This document shows positions 13,998-22,773 of a stretch of DNA of 64,000 nucleotides, in pieces. Position 1 is the stretch's first letter. Each line of letters starts with the position of its first letter. The translations under genes were made by a program, and so were the position numbers. Source of the DNA: Sedimentisphaerales bacterium (lineage in GTDB: Bacteria > Planctomycetota > Phycisphaerae > Sedimentisphaerales > SM23-30); contig CAXXFK010000020.1 in the NCBI GenBank assembly GCA_963663965.2, positions 256,001 through 320,000 on the forward strand, read 5' to 3'. A model generated the notes under the pieces. It had not been told where the DNA came from. It did not search any database and saw only the letters and a list, made by a program, of their open reading frames with translations.

Positions 13998-15428
13998 ATG
14001 AACTTTGCAGGGTATGACGCAGGACCGTTTTACGATGAAATGTTTACCCGTTCAGGTGAACCGCGACCGGGAAATCATCTGCTCCTTGAGCGAGTGGAAG
14101 CCCTGGGTGCGGGTGAATTGACGATCCGGCAGAAAGCGGCGGAAAAGGCGTTTTATGATTTAGGGATCACATTCAATGTCTATGGAAATGACGCGGATAC
14201 CGAAAAAATTTTTCCGTTCGACATTATCCCTCGCATCATCCAGGCATCCGAATGGGAGCGCCTGGAAGAAGGCCTGAAACAGCGCATTTATGCCCTCAAT
14301 CTGTTCATCGATGACATCTATCACGACCAGAAGATTGTCAAGGATGGCATGATTCCCGCCGACCTGATCCAGTCGTCTCAAGGCTTCTTTCCCCAGTGCG
14401 TGGGCATCGATCCGCCCCGGGGTATCTGGTGCCACATTACCGGCACCGATTTGATCCGGGATGAAACCGGTGCGTTCATGGTGCTCGAAGACAACCTCCG
14501 TTCGCCCTCGGGAGTGTCGTATGTTCTGTCAAATCGACGGATTCTCAAGCGCACCTTCCCGCAGGTGTTCGAGGCCTTGGACATCATGCCTGTGGAAGAT
14601 TACCCTACGATGCTGCTGGATATGTTTCAGGCGATCGCCCCGGTGGGTGTCCAGTCGCCCAAGTCGGTTTTGTTAACGCCCGGCAGCTACAACTCCGCAT
14701 ACTACGAACACTCCTATCTGGCAACGCAAACCGGTATCGATCTGGTCGGCGGTCAGGATCTGGTCGTTCACGACGGGGTTGTCAATGTCCGGACCACCAA
14801 AGGGTTGGTCCGCGTCGATGTCATTTATCGTCGTATCGGCGAAGATTATCTTGATCCCCAGGTTTTCCGCAGCGACTCCGTGCTGGGCGTTCCGGGGATT
14901 ATGGAAGTTTATCGCGCCGGCCGGGTCGCGATTGCCAACGCCCCGGGCACCGGCGTTGCCGATGACAAGGTAATCTATGCCTATGTGCCCCAAATCATTC
15001 GGTATTATCTGAACGAAGACCCCATTATCCCCAATGTGCAAACGTACTTGTGCTGGGAAAAAAATCATCTGGACCATGTCTTGAAAAATTTAAGTTCGCT
15101 CGTGGTGAAAGCGGCCAACGAAAGCGGGGGTTACGGCATGTTGATCGGACCCGCTTCGACACGCGAACAAATTGCGGAATTCGCGGAAAAAATCAAAACC
15201 AATCCGCGTAATTACATCGCCCAACCCACCCTGAAATTATCGCGTACCCCGGTTATTGTTGACGATCATTTTGAAGGTCGCCACGTGGATCTCCGGCCGT
15301 TTATCGTTTACGGCGAAGAGATCAGCGTTCTGCCCGGCGGCCTGACCCGGGTGGCGCTCGTCAAAGATTCTCTGGTGGTCAACTCATCTCAGGGTGGGGG
15401 CAGTAAGGACACCTGGATCGTGACATGA
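13998..15428 (+). CDS. Circularly permuted type 2 ATP-grasp protein (putative peptide ligase)
   Basis: FYDEM, GITFNVYG, PFDIIPRII, VLEDNLRSPSGVSY, NAPGTGVADDK, HVDLRP, PGGLTRVAL..SLVVNSSQGGGSKDTW. ATG at 13998 follows a GAGG RBS. Confidence 0.93.
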   Translation: MNFAGYDAGPFYDEMFTRSGEPRPGNHLLLERVEALGAGELTIRQKAAEKAFYDLGITFNVYGNDADTEKIFPFDIIPRIIQASEWERLEEGLKQRIYALNLFIDDIYHDQKIVKDGMIPADLIQSSQGFFPQCVGIDPPRGIWCHITGTDLIRDETGAFMVLEDNLRSPSGVSYVLSNRRILKRTFPQVFEALDIMPVEDYPTMLLDMFQAIAPVGVQSPKSVLLTPGSYNSAYYEHSYLATQTGIDLVGGQDLVVHDGVVNVRTTKGLVRVDVIYRRIGEDYLDPQVFRSDSVLGVPGIMEVYRAGRVAIANAPGTGVADDKVIYAYVPQIIRYYLNEDPIIPNVQTYLCWEKNHLDHVLKNLSSLVVKAANESGGYGMLIGPASTREQIAEFAEKIKTNPRNYIAQPTLKLSRTPVIVDDHFEGRHVDLRPFIVYGEEISVLPGGLTRVALVKDSLVVNSSQGGGSKDTWIVT

Positions 15429-15456
15429 ACAACTCGCAGAGAAAGGATCCGATTCA

Positions 15457-16434
15457 ATGCTAAGCCGTGTAGCTGACGCTATCTACTGGATGGCCCGTGA
15501 TCTCGAACGGGCTGAAAACATCGCCCGCTTTTTAGATGTCAACTGGAACCTGGCGCTCGACCTTCCCAATACCAGACAGGATCCCTGGGGAGCCCTTATT
15601 ACCGCGACTGGGGATGGGGAGCTTTTTCGTCAGCATTACCGGGAAAGGTCCAGAGAAAATATTATTCAGTTTCTCTGGTTTGACAAATCGTCTCCCAATT
15701 CCATTATTTCATGTCTCCTCAGGGCCCGCGAAAACGCCAGGACGGTGCGGGAAATCATGCCGATTGAAATGTGGGAACAAATGAACAAATTATACCATTA
15801 TGTCGCGGATCAGTCCAGAGAGGGTCTGGAAAACAGAGACGCTTTAATTCAGTTTTGTGATGCGGTAAAATATGGCACGTTGGCCATCGGAGGATTGGCG
15901 GACGCAACGATGGATCACAACGAGACCGGGATGTTCTTTCATATGGGACGATTGATCGAACGGGCGGATAAGACATCTCGCATCCTTGACGTAAAATATT
16001 TCATCCTGTTGCCGGATTACGAACGAGTGGGCAGCAATATCGACCATGTTCAATGGACCGCGTTATTGAAAGCGACCTCGAGCCTGCAAGCCTACCGGCA
16101 ACGACACGGCCGGATCTTCCCGTACCTGGTCGCGGAGTTTCTCCTGCTGGATCGATACTTCCCCCGATCGGTCTACTATTGCTTGTGCGGCGCGCAGAGT
16201 TGCCTGCACGCGATTACCGGAACGCGCAAAGGCTCGTTTTCCAACGATGCCGAAAAGCAATTGGGGCGGTTGTGTTCGGAACTGGCCTATGTTAATATTG
16301 ATGATATCTTTGAACAGGGATTGCATGAATTCACGGATCAATTGCAAATCAAAATGAACACGGTTGATAACATGATTTATAATACCTTTTTCTCGAGAGT
16401 TCCTGCGGTGGAGAACACCCAAATCTCACAATAA
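15457..16434 (+). CDS. Alpha-E domain protein
   Basis: MLSRVADAIYWMARDLERAENIAR, SIISCLLRARENARTVRE, GRLIERADKTSRILDVKY, FPRSV. Confidence 0.92.
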   Translation: MLSRVADAIYWMARDLERAENIARFLDVNWNLALDLPNTRQDPWGALITATGDGELFRQHYRERSRENIIQFLWFDKSSPNSIISCLLRARENARTVREIMPIEMWEQMNKLYHYVADQSREGLENRDALIQFCDAVKYGTLAIGGLADATMDHNETGMFFHMGRLIERADKTSRILDVKYFILLPDYERVGSNIDHVQWTALLKATSSLQAYRQRHGRIFPYLVAEFLLLDRYFPRSVYYCLCGAQSCLHAITGTRKGSFSNDAEKQLGRLCSELAYVNIDDIFEQGLHEFTDQLQIKMNTVDNMIYNTFFSRVPAVENTQISQ

Positions 16435-16445
16435 CGGAGAATACT

Positions 16446-17198
16446 ATGACATTTTGTTTAGGTATCGTAGTCAAGGAGGGGCTGATTGGCATTGCGGATT
16501 CCCGGATCACTTCGGGCAATGAGGTGATCACCGCACGCAAGATTAAAGCGTATCAGACCGAAACGGGATCTTTTTTTCTGATGACGTCCGGCTTGCGGTC
16601 TATTCGGGATAAGTCATTGACCTACTTTGAAGAACAGTTGGAAAGGGATGATTGGATTGAACATGACAAGCTGTATAAAGTCGTCAACACGTTCGCGTCG
16701 CAAATACGCAAGGTAGCGGCCGAGGACAAGGCCGCGATCAAGGAAAATGGCTTGAATTTTGATATCTTCACCCTGATCGGCGGGCAGATGAAGGGCGACC
16801 CCGAACACATGCTCTATGTGATTTATCCGGAGGGCAACTGGGTTTCCGTAACCAAGGGCACACCCTACCATATCATTGGCGAGCGCGGCTATGGCAAACC
16901 TGTTTTAGATCGAACCTTACATTACAATGACCCGATCCGGTTTGCCCTGAAAGTTGGCTGTCTGGCCTTTGATTCAACTCGGATCAGCGCCTCTGATGTT
17001 GACTTTCCTGTTGATGTGGTGATTTATTTTAATGGCTCTAAGGAAATGGTTGAGCACCGGTTCATCTATGATGACCTCGCCGAAATATCCATGTGGTGGC
17101 AGGACCATCTGCGCCAATTGGTTCATGAACTGCCGGCGGAATGGATCGACAATATCGCCGAGATGTTGAAAAAAGTTTCCGATGACGAAATTCCTTAA
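16446..17198 (+). CDS. Proteasome-type Ntn peptidase (Anbu family)
   Basis: N-terminal M-T(FCLGI) nucleophile, ADSR, RK, IGGQ, LYVIYPEGNW, IGERGYGKPVLDR, FDSTRIS..VDFPVD. Confidence 0.9.
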   Translation: MTFCLGIVVKEGLIGIADSRITSGNEVITARKIKAYQTETGSFFLMTSGLRSIRDKSLTYFEEQLERDDWIEHDKLYKVVNTFASQIRKVAAEDKAAIKENGLNFDIFTLIGGQMKGDPEHMLYVIYPEGNWVSVTKGTPYHIIGERGYGKPVLDRTLHYNDPIRFALKVGCLAFDSTRISASDVDFPVDVVIYFNGSKEMVEHRFIYDDLAEISMWWQDHLRQLVHELPAEWIDNIAEMLKKVSDDEIP

Positions 17199-17210
17199 TT
17201 TGAGCTAATC

Positions 17211-18059
17211 ATGCGATTTCATGTCCGCCACACCACGCAATATACCTATTCCCGGCCTGTTTTTATCGAGCCGCATAGGGTTCGATTACATCCCCGTTGC
17301 GATGCGGCTCAGACCTTGGAGCGATACGAGTTTAATATCACCCCAAAGCCGGCGGGTTGGGCGGAAAGTCTCGATGCTGAAAATAACACCGTTATCCAGC
17401 TTTGGTTCGAGGGCTTGCATGATCATTTCAAGATTGACATCGATGCCGAAGTGACAACGTTGCAGACCAATCCTTTTAGAGGTTTAATTACTGACGGAAT
17501 GGATCGACTCCCATTAACAGGTTTGGATCAGGATCCGATATTGCGCGCGTATTTAAAACCGGAGCATACACAGGATACCGATGAGAAGACCGGCAATTTA
17601 ATCAAAACCATTCTTGAGCAAGGCCAATATCGTATACTCGATTTTCTTGGCTGCCTGAATGAAACGCTGTATCAGTCTATCGAGAAAGTAGCACGGCGCG
17701 AATCCGGGATTCAGATGCCGCATCATACGCTCAGTTCGAAAAAAGGGGCCTGTCGAGACCTGGCCGCGGTTTTTATGGTTGCAGCGTCCCTGGTGGGTAT
17801 CCCCGCTCGTTTTGTCAGTGGTTATCAATTGGGCGATCCGGATGAACCATATAACGATTTGCATGCCTGGGCAGAGGTATTCATCCCGGGATTAGGATGG
17901 CGGGGCTATGACCCAACGCACGGTTTGGTGGTTGCGGACCGGCACATCGTGGTTGCTGCATCATACACCCCGGCGGGAGCGGCGCCCCTGACCGGGACAT
18001 TTCGGGGAACGGGCGCAATCTCGACACTGAAACATACGATTCAGATAGATGCTTGCTGA
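17211..18059 (+). CDS. Bacterial transglutaminase-like protein
   Basis: N-terminal HTTQYTY..RLHPR. Cys-His-Asp triad: GACRDLA, ARFVSGY, LHAWAEVFIPGLGWRGYDPT. Confidence 0.92.
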   Translation: MRFHVRHTTQYTYSRPVFIEPHRVRLHPRCDAAQTLERYEFNITPKPAGWAESLDAENNTVIQLWFEGLHDHFKIDIDAEVTTLQTNPFRGLITDGMDRLPLTGLDQDPILRAYLKPEHTQDTDEKTGNLIKTILEQGQYRILDFLGCLNETLYQSIEKVARRESGIQMPHHTLSSKKGACRDLAAVFMVAASLVGIPARFVSGYQLGDPDEPYNDLHAWAEVFIPGLGWRGYDPTHGLVVADRHIVVAASYTPAGAAPLTGTFRGTGAISTLKHTIQIDAC

Positions 18060-18346
18060 TTTAAGGCGCTTACGAGTAAAATTTTGCTCAAAATGGCAAA
18101 GAAATCACAATATGAAGACCTATACAGCTGTGGCCCTGTTTAGATCCGGCGTTGCCGGTTTAGGATAGGATTAAAAGAAGCAGGAACTTGAAAACCTTTT
18201 AATCAGAATCCCTTGCCCGGTCGTCAGTTACACAATGCCCCCGGAATAGTCTCCAGAAAAATTCCATTTTAACCGTTAACATCCCCCCCTGCCACCCGTT
18301 ATAACATAAACAGATCTGATCCGGCCATTTAGTCTCAATCGTGATT

Positions 18347-20128
18347 ATGAAGCTGCGCGAAAAACTGACCATCCTCCTGATCCACCCGGCCGCTCCCCTG
18401 CTGGCAGCCGCCGTCGGTATTCTTCTGGCCCTGCCTTCCCTGGGCGCCGGCTGGCTGGCCGATGACTATTGGCACCGCGCGGTCTTTTCCAATACCACCA
18501 ATCAGGACAAAAACTTTCCCGGCAATACCGGCCGGCCGCTCGACCTGTTCCATTTCCTCTCCGGCGATCCCCAAACCAACCACGCCCTCATGGACGCCGG
18601 CCACCTGCCCTGGTGGGCCGATCCCAACGCCAAAGCCGCCTTCTGGCGCCCGCTCACCTGCCTCACCCATCTGCTCGATTACCGGCTCTGGCCCGGCCAC
18701 CCATCGCTCATGCACGCCCAGAGTATCCTCTGGTACGGTCTGCTCATCCTGCTCATCAGCCTGTTCTATCGCGATATCATGGGTCCCACCCTCGCCGCCG
18801 GCCTGGCCGCACTCCTGTTCGCCATCGATGACGCCCACGCCATGCCGGTTGCCTTTCTGGCCAATCGCAACACCCTCATCGCCGCGGTCTTCGCCCTGCT
18901 CACCCTGGCCGCTCACCATCACTGGCGACGCTACAATTCCATCCCGGCCCTGTTCTTCGCGCCCCTGTGCCTTTTGCTCAGCCTGCTGGCTAAAGAATCC
19001 GGCCTTGCCACCTTCGCCTACCTGCTGGCTTACGCCCTGTTTTACGACACCACCTCACTTAAAAGCCGCCTGCGCTCCCTGTTGCCCTACCTGTTCATCA
19101 TCATCTGCTGGCGCATCGCCTGGTCTTATCTGGACTACGGTGTTCACGCCATCGGCTGGTATATCGATCCACTCCACGAACCGGGCCGCTTCCTGCTGGC
19201 CGCTACCTGGCGGATCCCCCAACTGATCGCCGGTCTATTGACCCCCCTCTCAGCCAACCTGGTCTTTATCCTCGGCCCTGCCAATCCATTTCATATCGCC
19301 GCTGCGGTCATCTGCTGCCTGCTGGTGGCCGCCGCCTTTTTCAATCTGATCAAAACCGACCGAACCGCCCGTTTCTGGGCTGCCGGCGCCTTCCTGTCCA
19401 TCATCCCCCTGGCCACCACGCTCCCCTGCGACCGCATGCTGCTGTTCGCCTCCATTGGCGCCCTGCCCCTGATAGCCCTGTTCCTGACCCGCCTGCCAGA
19501 CTACGTTCAATCCGCACGCCGCTCCTTTGCCCAACGATTCAGCCGCCGCCTTTTCGCCTGGCTCCTCATCTTCACTCACGGCATCGCGGCGCCGCTCATC
19601 CTGGTCATCAGCGCCGCCGCGCCCATGGGCCCGCCCTCCCTTTTCCAGAAAATGACCCACATCGAAGCCGACGATACGGCCATCGCCCAACAGGACCTGA
19701 TCGTCGTTAACCCACCTTACAGCCTGTTGTCCGCCTATTTCCAGGTTGCCCGCCAACTGGACGGCCGGCCCGCCGCCCAGCATCTCCGTGTACTCAGTTC
19801 CGGCTTCTTTCCCATCACAATCACCCGCGCCGATGACCACACCCTCATCGTTCATCCCCAAAACGGTTTTACCCCGCTGGTCTTCGACCACATCTTCCGC
19901 CGCCCGGAAAACCCCATGCGTCTCCACGAAACCGTTCAACTCACCGGTCTGACTATTGAAATCACCCAGGTCAACACCAACCACCAGCCCACCGAAGCCC
20001 GCTTCACCTTCCAGCACCCGCTCGAAAGCCCCCACTACTGCTGGCGTTACTGGCACCAAGGCCGGTACCAGCCCTTCACCCCGCCCCAACCCGGCCAGTC
20101 CGTCACCATCACACTCACCGGCAATTAA
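18347..20128 (+). CDS. Polytopic membrane protein, GT-C/TMTC-like glycosyltransferase candidate
   Basis: Many hydrophobic segments; DDY motif after the first TM, FWRPL, LLAKES, DRMLL; soluble C-terminal domain. Confidence 0.6.
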   Translation: MKLREKLTILLIHPAAPLLAAAVGILLALPSLGAGWLADDYWHRAVFSNTTNQDKNFPGNTGRPLDLFHFLSGDPQTNHALMDAGHLPWWADPNAKAAFWRPLTCLTHLLDYRLWPGHPSLMHAQSILWYGLLILLISLFYRDIMGPTLAAGLAALLFAIDDAHAMPVAFLANRNTLIAAVFALLTLAAHHHWRRYNSIPALFFAPLCLLLSLLAKESGLATFAYLLAYALFYDTTSLKSRLRSLLPYLFIIICWRIAWSYLDYGVHAIGWYIDPLHEPGRFLLAATWRIPQLIAGLLTPLSANLVFILGPANPFHIAAAVICCLLVAAAFFNLIKTDRTARFWAAGAFLSIIPLATTLPCDRMLLFASIGALPLIALFLTRLPDYVQSARRSFAQRFSRRLFAWLLIFTHGIAAPLILVISAAAPMGPPSLFQKMTHIEADDTAIAQQDLIVVNPPYSLLSAYFQVARQLDGRPAAQHLRVLSSGFFPITITRADDHTLIVHPQNGFTPLVFDHIFRRPENPMRLHETVQLTGLTIEITQVNTNHQPTEARFTFQHPLESPHYCWRYWHQGRYQPFTPPQPGQSVTITLTGN

Positions 20129-20269
20129 ATTCCACCCAACCCAATCAAGCCTCCGGCTTTTATTGGCGTTTATACGCGTCCAATCGTGGTTCTTTTTTGA
20201 CTCCGGCACTGCCGGCCCGGCTGTTTTCTTTGCGACTTCTATGATGCCACTATTCTGCCTGTTCAATCC

Positions 20270-20298
20270 AAAAAAAAAGGCGGCCTTCAGACCGCCCC
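20270..20298 (-). terminator. Rho-independent terminator after DUF1080 gene
   Basis: Minus strand reads GGGGCGGTCTGAAGGCCGCC followed by T9. Confidence 0.75.
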
Positions 20299-20323
20299 AT
20301 GTACATCGCTTTGTATTAACCGG

Positions 20324-20974
20324 CTATTTCAACGATTCCAGGTAAATATTGCGGAACTCAATCGCCGACCCTTCCGATTGCAGACAGATCGGCCCCGAAG
20401 TCAAACTGGCGTCAGTACCGTAGTTTTGCAGCTCGCCATTGACATACAGCCAGACATTATCCCCCAGGCAGACAATATCATACTTGTTCCATTGCCCCGG
20501 CTCTTTTTCGTTACAGGGATTTTTCTTGGGCGCGATCTTGAAAATCGTATCGCCTTCCGGCTTGATCACCTTGCCATCCACAGTAATCGCCGCCCCATGC
20601 TGTATCGTCACAATATCCCCGGCGCTTTCATGCTTGAGCTGCGCCTCAATACAGATCGGCCAGACCTGATCCTCGCCGGTCGCATGCAGCAGCACCCCGC
20701 TATTGGTCGGCTCATCCACCCAGCGCCATTCCACATGCAGCTTGTAATTACTGTAACTGTCAGCCGTCCGAATATACCCGTTGGGCTTACCCACACAATG
20801 CATCACCCCATCGTCCGTCACCGACCATACCTGATCCGGCGTCGCGCTGTCATCCACCAGACAAGTCTTCCACCCACTCAAATCCTTGCCATTAAACAGC
20901 ATCGTCCGCTGTGATGAACAACCCATCAAACCCATCGCCATCACTAACAACCCTAACATCAGTACTTTCTTCAT
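20324..20974 (-). CDS. DUF1080 (3-keto-glycoside hydrolase-like) lipoprotein
   Basis: Lipobox LMGC; LFNGKDLSGW, NSGV, GQWN, GPICLQSEGSAIEFRNI. Confidence 0.88.
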   Translation of the reverse strand: MKKVLMLGLLVMAMGLMGCSSQRTMLFNGKDLSGWKTCLVDDSATPDQVWSVTDDGVMHCVGKPNGYIRTADSYSNYKLHVEWRWVDEPTNSGVLLHATGEDQVWPICIEAQLKHESAGDIVTIQHGAAITVDGKVIKPEGDTIFKIAPKKNPCNEKEPGQWNKYDIVCLGDNVWLYVNGELQNYGTDASLTSGPICLQSEGSAIEFRNIYLESLK

Positions 20975-21336
20975 GTTATGCTCCTTAAACTGAAATGAAT
21001 TAACACAGGTTAAATTCGATACGATTCTATTTTCCATTAGACACAAGCTACCATTTCTGGGCTGCCCAAACAAACGTAACTGGCCATCATAGCCCATTAT
21101 TATAGGCCGCTGCTCCATTATATCAACCCGGATCATAACCGATTATTGCCTTCAGGTAAAACATTTACCTCCCTACCGGATCAATAAGTTCCCGGTATCT
21201 GGATTTTTATGGCTTCAACAGCGCCTCATGCCTTAAACTACCAAATACCTCAAGCTGACCAATCCGGCCATATTTGCCAGCTATCGTCGAACCTTTTATC
21301 AATGGATACTGTTGTGTCATTTTCAACGGAGCCGTT

Positions 21337-22758
21337 ATGAACAGACGCGAATTTCTCAAACAGACCTCACTCGCCGCCACTACTGCATTCCTGGCCGGCC
21401 CAGCGGCACTCACCGCCGCCAACGCCAAACGCCCCAACATTCTCTACATCATCACCGATGAATGGGGCTATTACGAATTATCCTGCATGGGCCACCCCAT
21501 CCTGGAAACCCCCAACGTAGATAAGTTAGCCGCCGAAGGAATTCGCTTCACCCAATGCCTCGCCGGCAGCAGCCTGTGCGCCCCCACGCGCAGTGTTCTC
21601 ATGACCGGCCAGCACCCCGGCCATACTACCGTGCGTTCCAACGCCGGCGGTGGTGCCGCCGGTTCACTGCGCGCCGAGGATATCACCATCGCCCGGATAC
21701 TCAAGGATGCCGGCTACGTCACCGGCGGCTTTGGCAAATGGGGCCTGGGCGACTGCGGCACCACCGGTGTCCCGGAAAAACACGGCTTCGATACCTTCTA
21801 TGGCTATTACCATCAGGTCCATGCCCATTGCTATTTCCCGCGCTATCTGATCCGCAACTCTAAACTGGAATACCTGCCCGGCAATACTGGCGATACCTAC
21901 CAGGGCCAGACCTTTTCCCACGACCGCATCTATCAGGAAGCCCGCCAATTCATTATCGACAACAAAGACCGGCCCTTCTTCTGCTACTGTCCCTGGACCC
22001 CGCCCCATGGCCTCTGGGGCATCCCCGAAGAGGAGCCGGCCTGGCAGAAATATAAAGACAAACCCTGGACTGCCGGCCAGAGAAACCAGAACGATGCCAA
22101 AGTTTACGCCGCCATGATTCACATGGTGGACCGCCAGGTCGGTGAACTGCTGGCATTGCTGAAAGAGCTGAAAATCGATGAAAATACCATTGTCGTATTC
22201 TCCGGCGATAACGGCGGCCAGCGTTACTTCGGCAACTTCTTCGGACCCAATGACAATCCGGTTACCCAAAAAACCTTCAGAGGCCAGAAAGGCAACCTCT
22301 ACGAAGGCGGCCTGCGCGTCCCTTACATCGTATACTGGCCCGGCAAAATCAAACCCAACACGACCACAGACCACCTGTGCAGCTTCGCCGATGTGATGCC
22401 CACCCTCGCAGAACTCGCCGGCGCACAAGCACCAAAATCAATCGATGGAATTTCTTTTCTGCCCACCTTACTGGGCGAATCGAAGGCCGGCCACTCCCAG
22501 CAGCAGCATGAATACCTCTATTGGGAATTGACCGGCGCCCAGGCCGTTCGCATGAATAACTGGAAAGCCGTCAAACCCCGCAAGGCGGCTCAATGGGAAC
22601 TGTATGACCTGTCTGAAGATATCGAAGAATCCAACAACCTGGCCCAATCCCAGCCCGATATCCTGAAGAAAATGATAGCTTATGCTCAGCAGGCCCATAC
22701 TCCCAACGTCATCGGCGAAGTCCTCGATCCATCGCTGGCCTTCGATCGCAACTTCTGA
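21337..22758 (+). CDS. Arylsulfatase (formylglycine-dependent), Tat-exported
   Basis: MNRREFLK Tat motif; RPNILYIITD, CAPTR (CxPxR), GKWGLG, SGDNGG, YEGGLRVP. Confidence 0.93.
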   Translation: MNRREFLKQTSLAATTAFLAGPAALTAANAKRPNILYIITDEWGYYELSCMGHPILETPNVDKLAAEGIRFTQCLAGSSLCAPTRSVLMTGQHPGHTTVRSNAGGGAAGSLRAEDITIARILKDAGYVTGGFGKWGLGDCGTTGVPEKHGFDTFYGYYHQVHAHCYFPRYLIRNSKLEYLPGNTGDTYQGQTFSHDRIYQEARQFIIDNKDRPFFCYCPWTPPHGLWGIPEEEPAWQKYKDKPWTAGQRNQNDAKVYAAMIHMVDRQVGELLALLKELKIDENTIVVFSGDNGGQRYFGNFFGPNDNPVTQKTFRGQKGNLYEGGLRVPYIVYWPGKIKPNTTTDHLCSFADVMPTLAELAGAQAPKSIDGISFLPTLLGESKAGHSQQQHEYLYWELTGAQAVRMNNWKAVKPRKAAQWELYDLSEDIEESNNLAQSQPDILKKMIAYAQQAHTPNVIGEVLDPSLAFDRNF

Positions 22759-22773
22759 TAAACTGCTTCAATC

